Positions 9,104-18,664 of a stretch of DNA of 64,000 nucleotides are shown piece after piece. Source of the stretch: a virus; IMG/VR virus record IMGVR_UViG_3300032298_001038, positions 32,001-96,000 of that record. The stretch is one strand, 5' to 3'. A model generated the notes under the pieces. It did no database searches. It worked only from the letters and a program-made list of their open reading frames with translations, and was not told where the DNA came from. Each line of letters begins with the position of its first letter. Position 1 is the first letter of the stretch. Both the position numbers and the translations under genes were made by a program.

Positions 9104-9590
9104 AGTGTTGTAATCGTTGCATTAAGGCTTGCGCGTCCGGCAGCGGGACGAGGCCGTTATTCTCAAAAAATATCTCACGCGGCCGTTGTGCGCAAGTGTC
9201 TAAAAAGTCGTTCAAAATAATCGCGTCGTGGCCTTCGGTGTCAATCTTTAAATAGTCGATCTCGCCGATGCCGTGCTTGTCGAGCAGCGCTTTAATCCTG
9301 ACGACCGGTACGGTATCCGCGCGCAGAATCTCAGCGGGCAAACCGGCATGATGCTTGTGCGGTTTGCCCACAGAATTACAGCCGCGCAGCCACGTGTCGA
9401 GTTTGCGCGGCGCAATCTCGTCGGGGTCGACGTAATAGATATCGACCGTGCCCGTGTAGTTCGACACGGCCACGTTTTCCTTCCGGCACGGAGGCAGCCG
9501 GTCGAAATAATACTTCAGCGGTTCGATAAACAAACCGTCGGCTAGGCCGGCGGACGTCTCGAAGTCGCAGGTGCCGATTTCAACAATCAT
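9048..9590 (-). CDS. FkbM-family methyltransferase
   Basis: IVEIGTCD, FIEP, ENVAVS, IDYLKIDTEGHD motifs. Confidence 0.85.
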   Translation of the reverse strand: MIVEIGTCDFETSAGLADGLFIEPLKYYFDRLPPCRKENVAVSNYTGTVDIYYVDPDEIAPRKLDTWLRGCNSVGKPHKHHAGLPAEILRADTVPVVRIKALLDKHGIGEIDYLKIDTEGHDAIILNDFLDTCAQRPREIFFENNGLVPLPDAQALMQRLQHCGYSIRRDDGACYATRIG

Positions 9591-9596
9591 CGTAAA

Positions 9597-9668
9597 CTGC
9601 CCGGGTAAGACTCGAACTTACAACCCCAGCATTAACAGTGCCGTGCACTACCATTGTGCTACCGGGCA
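9597..9668 (-). tRNA. trnN: tRNA-Asn(GTT)
   Basis: TGCCCGG-TA-GCAC AATGGTA GTGC-A-CGGCA CTGTTAA TGCTG-GGGTT-GTAAG TTCGAGT CTTAC-CCGGGCA-G. Confidence 0.92.
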
Positions 9669-9806
9669 TCATCTTGGCCCCGTGTCTGTCGTATTGCCGC
9701 TGTCACTCGTGAGCAGGTGCAGCATCAACACGGCCGCGACACACCACAGTATCTCCGTCATGACTTTACTTTCGTAGCGCAAAATATACCGACGGTATAT
9801 TCTCGA

Positions 9807-10343
9807 TCACTTTCCTAAAAATTTGAACGGATCGTGACGCGTGTTCCGCAGCATTTGCCGCAGGTCGTTCGCCATGATGCGGCGCATGCGCTCGGCGTCT
9901 TCGTAACTGTCTTTGAGTTGGTCTTCATAGAACACGGTGAGGTAGCGCGCCGTCACCGGGAACGCGGCAGACAACTGATCGAGTTGTTGCAGCCGCTTCG
10001 TGTAGTTCTCGACAACGTGCATCTCCAGTTCGATCGCGTGCGTGATCGCGTCTTCGGCGTTACTAAACGTCGAAAACGACGCCGATGACTGCGTCGGGTT
10101 GGGGTAGTTCAGCCCGTATAGCCGGTCCAGAAACGCCTGCACATGCAGCATCTCGCCTTTCGCTGCGTCCGTAAAAAATTCGCGGTATTCTGTGGCGTGC
10201 ATGCCGGTAATCGCCGCCGAGTGGTACAAGTAAAACTTGAGATGGGTCCACTCGTTCTGGAGATCGTTGTTTATCAACTCCAGAAATGCCGGCAACGTTA
10301 AACCGGGTTCACCGACCGGGCCGGGATCGCCTGCGTGACTCAT
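9807..10343 (-). CDS. Ferritin-like (bacterioferritin-like) protein
   Basis: DLQNEW..LKFY, EMLHV, AIELEMH diiron-type four-helix motifs. Confidence 0.75.
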   Translation of the reverse strand: MSHAGDPGPVGEPGLTLPAFLELINNDLQNEWTHLKFYLYHSAAITGMHATEYREFFTDAAKGEMLHVQAFLDRLYGLNYPNPTQSSASFSTFSNAEDAITHAIELEMHVVENYTKRLQQLDQLSAAFPVTARYLTVFYEDQLKDSYEDAERMRRIMANDLRQMLRNTRHDPFKFLGK

Positions 10344-10984
10344 GACTGAAACTCCTTTTCGTCATCTCGGGTTATCACATCCGGCGTAAAGTCCGGATGC
10401 AGCGCCGGGCGGTAATCATAATGGTCAAAGTCTGCGGTGACTAGGGGGGCTGACAGCAGATCGTCGATGCGGAGATTGAAACAATCCCACTTGAACCGCC
10501 AGCCACCAAAACCAGCCGGGTCGATGTCGCCGCGCTTGTAAAACAACGCCTGCGCAAAAAACGCTTCTTTGGGCATTAAACCCAGCAGCCACGCCTTCGA
10601 GAAATCTTTGAGAACACGCACGAACGCGTAGTAATCGCACTGCTGCTCGGCGTTGCTGGCGGCAATCGAACAGTTGTAGTGCTGCTGCGGCGCGGAGGTG
10701 CAGCGTTTAGTTTTTACTTCGATGCGCCCCAGTATTTCCGGGTCCAGCAGGTCGTAGTGAAAGATCGATTCGCCTTGAGAGCGCAGAAACCCGTAATAGT
10801 CGCGGAACAACTCTTCGCCCACCAGTCCCGCGAGCATGCCTTCGCCTTCGGTGATCGAGTTGTTTAAGTGCGCCCGGCCGTAGCGCGCCGCGAACAACTT
10901 TGTCATTTCTTTTTCACGGGCGCGGGCATTGGCTATTTGACGCTTGGCCGGCACAATCTCCAACAATTTGAACTTGGTGGGCAT
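10340..10984 (-). CDS. PD-(D/E)xK nuclease-like protein
   Basis: GEELF...YDL...IEVKTK motif arrangement. Confidence 0.6.
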   Translation of the reverse strand: MPTKFKLLEIVPAKRQIANARAREKEMTKLFAARYGRAHLNNSITEGEGMLAGLVGEELFRDYYGFLRSQGESIFHYDLLDPEILGRIEVKTKRCTSAPQQHYNCSIAASNAEQQCDYYAFVRVLKDFSKAWLLGLMPKEAFFAQALFYKRGDIDPAGFGGWRFKWDCFNLRIDDLLSAPLVTADFDHYDYRPALHPDFTPDVITRDDEKEFQS

Positions 10985-11023
10985 GCGAATCCTTTCGCGT
11001 TCGTGCGTCCGTGCACGATTGCG

Positions 11024-11923
11024 TCAGCCAGCGCGTTGGAGTTCTTGAATCCACGCGCGCTTGATGACTGACCAATCGAATGTCTTGCCGACCTCCAAGG
11101 CGGCCTGACACATATGAGCGTACAACTCCGGCTCGTTTTGTAAAGTCCGAATTGTATTGCTAGCGCTAGCAATGAAAGCATCTTCTTCCATCGGTAACAT
11201 AATGCCGGCGCCTGAGTTGGCTATTTCAGGAAAGATACCGACGGGCGTGCCCAGTGTTGGTATCCCAGCCGCGGCGGCTTCAATGGCCACGTACGGGTTG
11301 CCTTCGACTAGCGAGCAAAACATGACAAGATCGACTTCGTGATACAGCCGATCAGCCACGAAAAAAGGCACGTTTTCGCGGTTCCAGAGCGTTAAGCCGG
11401 TGTTCTCGGCGACGCTCTTCGCCAGATATCCGCGCTTGATATCGAACTCGCCGTCCTTGCGGTGCCAGCGGCCGAAGTAGCCCAGTTTAGATATTTGAGT
11501 GGGCCGCTCGCGCTGGTAATTTGCGCAATTGACGCCGACGCGTAAAAACGTCGGGACGCGTTTGATCCCGTGCGAAAACGATACAGCCCTCAGCGGCTCG
11601 GAGACGACGGCGTATCCCCGCAGTCGTTCGAAATAGCCCGCTGGAAATCGACGGAGTGCGTCCACGATGTCGAAGTCGAGGTGGACATGGCCGTAGCATT
11701 TTTCAAGTGGGATGCCGTATGTGTCGTGAAGGAAGAAACATCCCACGGGTGTGGAGAAGAATAGATCGTACTTCTGCTGCATCCGGTCTGTGTTTTCGCG
11801 TTCTTGGACTTTCCCCCAGTCGAATATGTCACAATCCACCTCCGGATACAGGTTCTTTGCCAGTTCGTTGAATATCTTGCCGAAGACCCAGTTGTTCTCG
11901 ATAAAAAACAAGACCCGCTTCAA
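11024..11923 (-). CDS. Glycosyltransferase, GT-B/GT4-like
   Basis: VDLVMFCSLVEGNPYVAIEAAAAGIPTLGTPVG (Ex7E motif). Confidence 0.88.
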   Translation of the reverse strand: MKRVLFFIENNWVFGKIFNELAKNLYPEVDCDIFDWGKVQERENTDRMQQKYDLFFSTPVGCFFLHDTYGIPLEKCYGHVHLDFDIVDALRRFPAGYFERLRGYAVVSEPLRAVSFSHGIKRVPTFLRVGVNCANYQRERPTQISKLGYFGRWHRKDGEFDIKRGYLAKSVAENTGLTLWNRENVPFFVADRLYHEVDLVMFCSLVEGNPYVAIEAAAAGIPTLGTPVGIFPEIANSGAGIMLPMEEDAFIASASNTIRTLQNEPELYAHMCQAALEVGKTFDWSVIKRAWIQELQRAG

Positions 11924-12016
11924 GTGATGACTCCTGTCGGGGAGCCACTACTTTAGCGGGTCTTTCCGCACCTGTAAACGGCACTTGAGTGCTTTTCGGT
12001 TGGGGCCGAACGGGTG

Positions 12017-14092
12017 CTAGTTGTGCGATACTTTAAGTTCGGCTTTGTTACCTCGGCGGGTGTTAACCCAGCGACCTTTTTGGCCGCGGGCGCGATACTT
12101 TTTCAGCCATTCGTCGGCGACTTCTTCAGCCGTCTTCTCGGTCTTCTTTTTTTTCTTCTTGCTGCCAATCGGGCGGCACGAGTTTTCGCTGTACGGCGCT
12201 TTGCCCGGCGCGGGTTCATAGCCCTTCCAGCAGCGGGCTTCTTTCGCCCACTGGTGTGCAAGATTGTAGCCGTGCTCGACCGACGTTTTTTGTCGCATAC
12301 CTAACAACCCGGAACCCATTTCTTTAGCCCAATTAGTCCATGTCGGTTTTGAATACTCTTCACCCGTTCGCAGGTGCTGGTTAAGCGCGCTATCTTGGTC
12401 GGCGTATTGCGAACTCAATGTGCCAACGTTCTTTGCGGCCAGTTGCGCTTCTTCGGGGGACAAACCCATATTCTCCAGCATCCGCGGCGTCATACCGCCC
12501 ATGCTATTCAACATTTGAATTTGACCAAGTTGCTCTCTGCCCGCTGCAACTTGCTTGGCCGCACCTTCGCGCGACGGCACCGTCGCCCACCCGCCGCCGC
12601 CTTTAATTTGCGCAACCGGGTCTTTTGCTAGCAAAATTTGCTTCTGCTGGTCTGTCAGTTTTTCAGGCACCATGCCCATCGACTTGCCGATGCCACTTAC
12701 AGCGTCAGCCATGAAGTTCTGCGCGCCCTGACCAAACATACCGCCACCAGCGCCAGCCAGACCTGCGGCGCCAAGGCCCAGCAAGCCAAGCATTCCCATT
12801 CCCCCGCCACCACCGAACATACTGCCGAGTATGCCCAGAAGACCGCCACCCAAGCCAATCCCCATCATCCACTTCATCGGCTCGGGCATGTTTTGATAAC
12901 CCTGCATGACACTCTGCAACATGCCGCCCTGCTCTTGCGGGCCAGCGCCGGGATTCTGCTGCCGCAACTTCGCAAACTCTTCACGGATGTAGGCGTTGCC
13001 GGCCTTGTCCACCTCGGCCTGAAAAGCCTTGGCCTGCGGCGTGTCTTTGCCGGCATGTAAGTCAGCCATGCCTTGTTTCATTTCCGGATTGCTGTCCATC
13101 ATCTGTTGCACATGCTGCTGCGCCAGTTGCTTTTTCTCGGCGTCCGGCATGTCGCTATTCAACTTGGCCATGACGTCCGTGTTCGCCTGCTGCTTCTGGT
13201 CCGGCGTCATCGGCGTCGCGGGTTTGGCGGCGCCGTCGGTCGGCGTGTTTTGTGTTGGCTGCGCGCCCGGCTGTTGCTGCGTGGCGGCCGTTTGTTGCGG
13301 CGCGCCTTGCTCGGGAGCGGGCGTCGGTGCGGTCTCTGTCCCGCCAGATAATTGTCGTACACCTTCGAGTGCCGCGGGCAATGCGGCCTCGGTGCCAAGC
13401 GTGGCTGCGGTACCGCCAGCAGTCATCGCGCCACCGCCGGCCGCTGTTAATCCAGCCGCGGCGGCGACAGGAACAGCCGCTGCCGTCGCAGTCGCGCCGC
13501 CAGCAATACCCATTGCCGTTTGCCCCCAGCCCTTAAGGCTTTCTTCGCCGCGCTCTGTGCTCGTCTGCGTCGTCCACGGGTTGTACCACCGATCAAGCAC
13601 GTCAACGTACGACCCGTAGCCTGTGTGACTTTTCGGCCCCGGCGTTGTCTGACTTTGTTGCGCGCGCATCTGCGCGAATGTTTGCGGGTCGACTTGTTGC
13701 CGGTTTGTCGCCAGTGCGGGTTGCGCCGGCTGACCTGATTGCGCAGCAGCCACAGACGCGGCATTTTGCTGTGCACGAAGTTGCGCCGTGGTTGGCTGCG
13801 CAGCGGGGGCCGCGGGCGTTTGCCGCGAAAAAATAGAATTGTTGCCAGCCGGTGCCGCGCCAATCGAAGCAGACGCTAACCCAGTGGGTTTAGGCTGCGG
13901 GGGCATCAACGGCTTCGCGCCGCCGCCCGGCTTGTTAAACGAGAACGATTGCGCCTGTTCAGTCAGGCCTTTCGGCATCGGCGCGGCCGGTTTCGGCGCC
14001 GTTACGCTTTTCGGTAATCCGGCGCCCGTTGGGTTGTCTGTGAGAAACGCATATTTGCGCAACGCCGATTGTACGTGCTTCGGAAGTGCCAT
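12017..14092 (-). CDS. Large Gln/Pro/Gly-rich putative virion protein
   Basis: 691 aa; Gly-zipper segments; K-x-A motifs (RKYAF, AKEAR, EKTAE); CWKGYEP module. Confidence 0.75.
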   Translation of the reverse strand: MALPKHVQSALRKYAFLTDNPTGAGLPKSVTAPKPAAPMPKGLTEQAQSFSFNKPGGGAKPLMPPQPKPTGLASASIGAAPAGNNSIFSRQTPAAPAAQPTTAQLRAQQNAASVAAAQSGQPAQPALATNRQQVDPQTFAQMRAQQSQTTPGPKSHTGYGSYVDVLDRWYNPWTTQTSTERGEESLKGWGQTAMGIAGGATATAAAVPVAAAAGLTAAGGGAMTAGGTAATLGTEAALPAALEGVRQLSGGTETAPTPAPEQGAPQQTAATQQQPGAQPTQNTPTDGAAKPATPMTPDQKQQANTDVMAKLNSDMPDAEKKQLAQQHVQQMMDSNPEMKQGMADLHAGKDTPQAKAFQAEVDKAGNAYIREEFAKLRQQNPGAGPQEQGGMLQSVMQGYQNMPEPMKWMMGIGLGGGLLGILGSMFGGGGGMGMLGLLGLGAAGLAGAGGGMFGQGAQNFMADAVSGIGKSMGMVPEKLTDQQKQILLAKDPVAQIKGGGGWATVPSREGAAKQVAAGREQLGQIQMLNSMGGMTPRMLENMGLSPEEAQLAAKNVGTLSSQYADQDSALNQHLRTGEEYSKPTWTNWAKEMGSGLLGMRQKTSVEHGYNLAHQWAKEARCWKGYEPAPGKAPYSENSCRPIGSKKKKKKTEKTAEEVADEWLKKYRARGQKGRWVNTRRGNKAELKVSHN

Positions 14093-14101
14093 AAATATCC
14101 C

Positions 14102-14620
14102 TTACTCACTGCACCGAAAAACCATCGAGTACCGTAATGCGCTGACGGGTTTGATTTCGTGCTGCCACTCGTAGCGAATCTCGTTCCGCATCTGCACCAG
14201 ACTGCGCGGCGGCAACTCCACTACGATGTCGGCTTCGTCCTGTTTTGTAAATACCATTGTGGCCGGGGATGCCAGACTCAGCACCGTGATCACAGGACCA
14301 GCCTGCATCGGATCAATGTGCGGGCGAATGACTTGCCCCGGATAATACTCGTTTATTGTAATCGAATCGGGCTTTACATGCGTATGCTGGGCCTGCGCTA
14401 ATTTCACGCACAGCCAGTCGAGGTGCGCGGGAATTTTCCCGTCCAGCACGTCTTTAAACGGCTTGGGAGACCCGAAGCGCACGATCGCGTTTCGGTCCCG
14501 CACGCCAGTTCTGGGCCGGTCGGGCATGTACACCCGAATGTGCAACAGCAGTTCGGCTTCTTCCGACGGCGTAATAAACTCCGGATACAGCACAAGGCCA
14601 AGCGCGACGTGGTTTTTCAT
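14102..14620 (-). CDS. AlkB-like 2OG-Fe(II) dioxygenase
   Basis: INEYYPGQVIRPHID (HxD), WQHEI, RYSMVFR; start refined to MKNHV. Confidence 0.88.
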   Translation of the reverse strand: MKNHVALGLVLYPEFITPSEEAELLLHIRVYMPDRPRTGVRDRNAIVRFGSPKPFKDVLDGKIPAHLDWLCVKLAQAQHTHVKPDSITINEYYPGQVIRPHIDPMQAGPVITVLSLASPATMVFTKQDEADIVVELPPRSLVQMRNEIRYEWQHEIKPVSALRYSMVFRCSE

Positions 14621-14624
14621 AGCA

Positions 14625-15251
14625 TTATCGCCGGGGAATGGGCGGCAATAACTGCGAGTTGGGTACGGCACCCTTGGCCAGATTCGTGTTCGCCACTGGA
14701 ACGCGATTACCCTGATCGTTCATGATGGTGGGATTGTTGGGGTTCGCCGCGTTGGCCGGCGGGACGGGCGCAGGCCGCGGCTGTTGGGGTTTCGGCACAG
14801 GCGGAGCCGCGGGCGGCTGCGGCGCTGCGGGCGCTTGTGGCGCGCCAGCCTGCTGCTGCGGCAAGCCTTGCACCGACGACAGCGGCGGTTTGTAGCCCGG
14901 CTTACCCTGCTGCGCAAACACGGGGTTATAGCGCTTCCCCGTATTCGTCGCGAACGTGCGCATGTTGTTAAATGTCCGCACATGCTGCGCCATCGGGCCG
15001 CGCATCGGGCGAGCCTGCGGCGCCTTGGCGAACTGCTGATTGATATGCCAGATGTCACGCGCGCTGGCACCTTGCAACTGCTCAGCGGACATATGCGGCA
15101 ACCCAGCGTGCTGCCACGCTTCGGCCGGCAAGTTTAACTTCGCATAGCGCTGCCGGAGCGCGTTGTAATCAGGGTCGCCGGGCGCGCCAGTGTCGGGCAC
15201 GCTCGCGGCGATCTTCTGGCGCAACAGCAAGCCAAACTTAAAAGCATTCAT
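14625..15251 (-). CDS. Pro/Gln-rich putative virion protein
   Basis: Starts MNAFKFGLLLRQKIAA (shared motif). Confidence 0.65.
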   Translation of the reverse strand: MNAFKFGLLLRQKIAASVPDTGAPGDPDYNALRQRYAKLNLPAEAWQHAGLPHMSAEQLQGASARDIWHINQQFAKAPQARPMRGPMAQHVRTFNNMRTFATNTGKRYNPVFAQQGKPGYKPPLSSVQGLPQQQAGAPQAPAAPQPPAAPPVPKPQQPRPAPVPPANAANPNNPTIMNDQGNRVPVANTNLAKGAVPNSQLLPPIPRR

Positions 15252-15531
15252 CGTCGCTCTCTGTATAGTTCGGGGACTTCTCGTGGTCTTGTTCGGGGCG
15301 GCAATGCCCGCCGTCGCAGCAGGTCTCGTTGATCGTCCGGCAGCGGGAGCAGACCATTTTGCCGCGCATGTCCATCAGATCGCCGCCGCAGACATAGCAG
15401 GTAATCATTGTAACATACTCCTTACTGCCGCGGACGTGGCGGGGAAGATACGGGCAGTTCACGCATTTGTTTCCGCAGCAGACTCCGTGTTGTAAAAGCA
15501 CCTGCCGGGAAAGCGGAGCGGGCCGCGTCAA
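15238..15531 (-). CDS. Cys-rich Zn-finger protein (DUF5522-like N-terminus)
   Basis: LLQHGVCCGNKCVNCPY; CYVC...CSRC...CC. Confidence 0.65.
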   Translation of the reverse strand: MTRPAPLSRQVLLQHGVCCGNKCVNCPYLPRHVRGSKEYVTMITCYVCGGDLMDMRGKMVCSRCRTINETCCDGGHCRPEQDHEKSPNYTESDDECF

Positions 15532-15875
15532 ATGTGCGCGGTGGTGAATCGCTGCTCGTAGGCTGCATAAATTTCAGCGTACGCCACGCCCCACGCCGCG
15601 TCGTGAGCGAGTTTATTAAAAGCCTCGTCCGTGGCGGCGTTGTCCAGCCGGTGATTCCACGCCCGGGCATGTGCCCACTCATGGATCAATACATCCATGG
15701 CGCGGCTCTCGTCCAGACCCTTGTCGATCTGGATGTGAAACTTTTTCCCCTGTTTCCAGCAGCGCCCTTCAAGTTTTGTTAACTTGACGCGGCGCACACT
15801 GACGGGGAACGCTGCGGCGCACTCATCCTTGAGCATCCGCAGGAGAGACTGGTATTGTTTAAATCGAGCCGCCAT
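15528..15875 (-). CDS. HExxH zincin-like (SprT-like) protein
   Basis: VLIHEWAHA followed by H..AW..AY. Confidence 0.7.
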   Translation of the reverse strand: MAARFKQYQSLLRMLKDECAAAFPVSVRRVKLTKLEGRCWKQGKKFHIQIDKGLDESRAMDVLIHEWAHARAWNHRLDNAATDEAFNKLAHDAAWGVAYAEIYAAYEQRFTTAHI

Positions 15876-15949
15876 GCTCCGTCTCCTGTAGGCATCCTTG
15901 CCACAGGGACGATTGTATCAGGCTGAGAAAGCCGCGACGAACGCTATTT

Positions 15950-18319
15950 TTACAGGCCAAATTGCGCCCGCAACCACGCATTTGCAACGGGATTTTGGGC
16001 TGTTTCTTCCGGCTCCGCGTCCAAAATACTTGATATCTTTACGCTCGGACCCTCGGGCGGAGGAGCGCCACCTTCTTCACGGAGAATGCGCCGGAACGCC
16101 TCGTTGATCTCTTCTTTCTCCGCGGTGAGTCGTTCCAGTACTTCGTCGCCGGTGCGCTGGCGTTTGGCGCCGAATAAATACTTCCCGATCAGGCCCGGCT
16201 CAGTCGATTCGGTGAGGTACCGCCGGACAAGCACGTTGCGCAGGTCTTCAGGCAGTCCCGCGTGGCTGTCAAAGCGCAGACCACGGCCGCGGGCTTGTTG
16301 GCTGCGGGCTTCGTTCCAGTGCGGGTCCAGAAGTTGAATTAAACTCGTGCCCTTCGTGCTAATCCCTTCCGCCGCGGCCGGCCCGAGAAGCAGGGCTTTG
16401 CTGCGCCCTTCGTTGTAGTCTTTCAGGGCTTTCTGCCGGTCTTTCAAGGGGATGCCGCCATGAAACACGCCATACGGAATCTTGTCCCGTTCAAGGGCCG
16501 CAGCATAGGGGTTCACGCCCGAATCAATGAAGTTCGAGTAGATGATGGCTTTCTTGCGCGGGTCTGATTTAATCGTCTCTTGAAAGTCCTGATACGCCTT
16601 TTGCATCTTGCTGGACTGCTCGAACGCCTTGATCGGATTCTTGTCTTTGCGGAACGCCTGCGTGGACAAACTCACTTGGCGCAGGCCGTTCAAGAACGAG
16701 TTCATCTTGGCCAGTTCTTCGCGCGACAGTGGGAACTCTTGGTCTAACTTCCACAAGAAGCCGGGCGGAATGCGCGTGCGAATGGCGTTCTGAATCTTCT
16801 GCTGTGCGTCGGACATCGGCACGCGCACGATCTCTTCATTAACGTTCACGCCTTCAGGAGTCTTGCTGGGGTGATAGTCCACTTTGCCCTTGAGCAGTTC
16901 ACGCAGTTCGTCTTCGTTCTTGACGTAGGCTTTCTCGCCCGGCTTTGCGCCCCTGAACCAACCCAACCAGCCCGGGCCGACTTTCTTGTAGCCCACGTAC
17001 TTCTCTTCGAACTGCTCCGGAGAAATCTTCTGGTTGTTCAGCATCGAGAGCAGGCTGGCCAAGTCGGTCGGCGCATTGGTGATCGGCGTGCCCGTGAGCA
17101 AGAGTAAACGCTTGGCTTGGCGCGCGGCCTCTGTAGCCGCGCGGGTGCTGGCGGCGTCGGGATTACGTAACCGGGCAGCCTCGTCCATGATCAGCGTGTC
17201 GGGCGGCTTCTTGAACTGCTTGCCCAAACCCAACCCGGTGTAACTCATGATCTCAGGCTTGGACCCGGTCGTGAACTTGTCGATCTCTTTCTGGAAGTTC
17301 GCGCGCAGACTCGCCGGGACCACGACGCCGTAGTCTTCTTGATATTTTTGTTTGGCGGCTTCGGCAGCAGCAATAGCCGAGAGAGACTTGCCGGACCCTA
17401 GGCCGTGATAGACCAGTAAGCGCGGGTCGTCGCCGGTGAGTTTGTCGGCAATGCGCTGTTGGTGCTCTTGGAGTTGGACTTCTGGTAATAAGTCGGCTTG
17501 CTTTTCCGGTTGTTCGTGTTGAATGTACTTAGCCGGAATTTTCTGCGTAGTGTACTGGTCGGTCATGAGCATATTGAGCGGCCACGGAAACAACGGCTGC
17601 ACAGCAAAGTCATCAGGGAGTTCTACTTTCAAGCGCGCGTCGCCGTACCCAGAGTTCAACTGCGGATGTGTGGCTAGAAACACCCGACGTTCGTAACCCG
17701 GAATGTCGGTCGGGACGCCGGAGTCAGCCCCAGTACCAGCAAATTCCGGGTCAAGACCGCGCTCCAAAATAGACTTGAGGTTTTTGCTGGCGGTGCCGTG
17801 ATAAAACGTTTTTGCAGCCTGCTTCTGCTGCGCCAGATGCCGCTGCGTGGCTTTGGTCTTGTACGCGTCCAGCATCTCGGCAACGCGCTGCTGCTCTTCA
17901 GGCGACACGAGCGTCGTCGGGTCAATTGCCCAGTTGCGCAGCGCCCAGCCGCGTCGGGGTGTGGGGTTCTTGGCAAACGGACCGCCATGGCGGGCTTTGA
18001 AACTCAGCCAGCGCTTGATCTGCCGGGTGTCTTCGTCCGGGATTCTGCGGCCACTGGTGTAACGCTTGTACCACTGCGCCCAGCCCTTGGGATCGTGCTC
18101 GCTGACCCATTCAGGCTTCCACTCGCCAAGACTGGCTAACCGCGGGCCTTGGCCGCGGTACAGCGCGTCGTACACGCCAAGGTTCTCCAGTTGCTCCGGG
18201 GTGTAGTCCGGCGCAAACGCGGCGTCGAGAGCCTGCAACTTCTCCGTGGCTGTCTTCAAGATAGCAGCCGGAAGATAGTCCGCGTCCAAGATAGATTTGC
18301 TGGGCTGCCTACTTGTCAT
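15950..18319 (-). CDS. SNF2/SF2 helicase fused to an ART-like domain and an uncharacterised N-terminal domain
   Basis: HGLGSGKS (Walker A), LIMDEAA, LLTGTPI, HWNEARSQQARGRGLR; upstream FYHGT..NLKSILERGL ART-fold motif. Confidence 0.85.
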   Translation of the reverse strand: MTSRQPSKSILDADYLPAAILKTATEKLQALDAAFAPDYTPEQLENLGVYDALYRGQGPRLASLGEWKPEWVSEHDPKGWAQWYKRYTSGRRIPDEDTRQIKRWLSFKARHGGPFAKNPTPRRGWALRNWAIDPTTLVSPEEQQRVAEMLDAYKTKATQRHLAQQKQAAKTFYHGTASKNLKSILERGLDPEFAGTGADSGVPTDIPGYERRVFLATHPQLNSGYGDARLKVELPDDFAVQPLFPWPLNMLMTDQYTTQKIPAKYIQHEQPEKQADLLPEVQLQEHQQRIADKLTGDDPRLLVYHGLGSGKSLSAIAAAEAAKQKYQEDYGVVVPASLRANFQKEIDKFTTGSKPEIMSYTGLGLGKQFKKPPDTLIMDEAARLRNPDAASTRAATEAARQAKRLLLLTGTPITNAPTDLASLLSMLNNQKISPEQFEEKYVGYKKVGPGWLGWFRGAKPGEKAYVKNEDELRELLKGKVDYHPSKTPEGVNVNEEIVRVPMSDAQQKIQNAIRTRIPPGFLWKLDQEFPLSREELAKMNSFLNGLRQVSLSTQAFRKDKNPIKAFEQSSKMQKAYQDFQETIKSDPRKKAIIYSNFIDSGVNPYAAALERDKIPYGVFHGGIPLKDRQKALKDYNEGRSKALLLGPAAAEGISTKGTSLIQLLDPHWNEARSQQARGRGLRFDSHAGLPEDLRNVLVRRYLTESTEPGLIGKYLFGAKRQRTGDEVLERLTAEKEEINEAFRRILREEGGAPPPEGPSVKISSILDAEPEETAQNPVANAWLRAQFGL

Positions 18320-18554
18320 AAAAGTTATCCGTGACTTTCAGCAGCGCCAGCAACCCCAGAATAGCCGAGAGCAGGCCGAGATATTTAGCCCATGTGAAGA
18401 TCGTGGCGAACCAGTAGATACCCAACCAAATCGCCATCCCCGCAACGAGAATGGCCAAGATATTAAAATGCCGCCACGCCAATACGTACGCGATCGGCCC
18501 GCAAAGAAAGACGGCGCAGAACAGGCCGAAGACTAACAGCGCCAGACTCTCCAT
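18309..18554 (-). CDS. Membrane protein (three TM)
   Basis: MESLALLVFGLFC...; start refined from track ORF 18309..18584. Confidence 0.65.
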   Translation of the reverse strand: MESLALLVFGLFCAVFLCGPIAYVLAWRHFNILAILVAGMAIWLGIYWFATIFTWAKYLGLLSAILGLLALLKVTDNFYDK

Positions 18555-18556
18555 GA

Positions 18557-18652
18557 CTAGCCTCGCAGATACAGCAGAAACCACGTCAACGTTCCGGCCA
18601 TGGTTGCCGCCAGCGTTGCCATCGTGAACAGGAATGTGTTTAAGTGCTTCAT
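18557..18652 (-). CDS. 31-aa hydrophobic peptide
   Basis: Not in track; GGAGG RBS; MKHLNTFLFTMATLAATMAGTLTWFLLYLRG*. Confidence 0.55.
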   Translation of the reverse strand: MKHLNTFLFTMATLAATMAGTLTWFLLYLRG

Positions 18653-18664
18653 GGTCGCCTCCAG

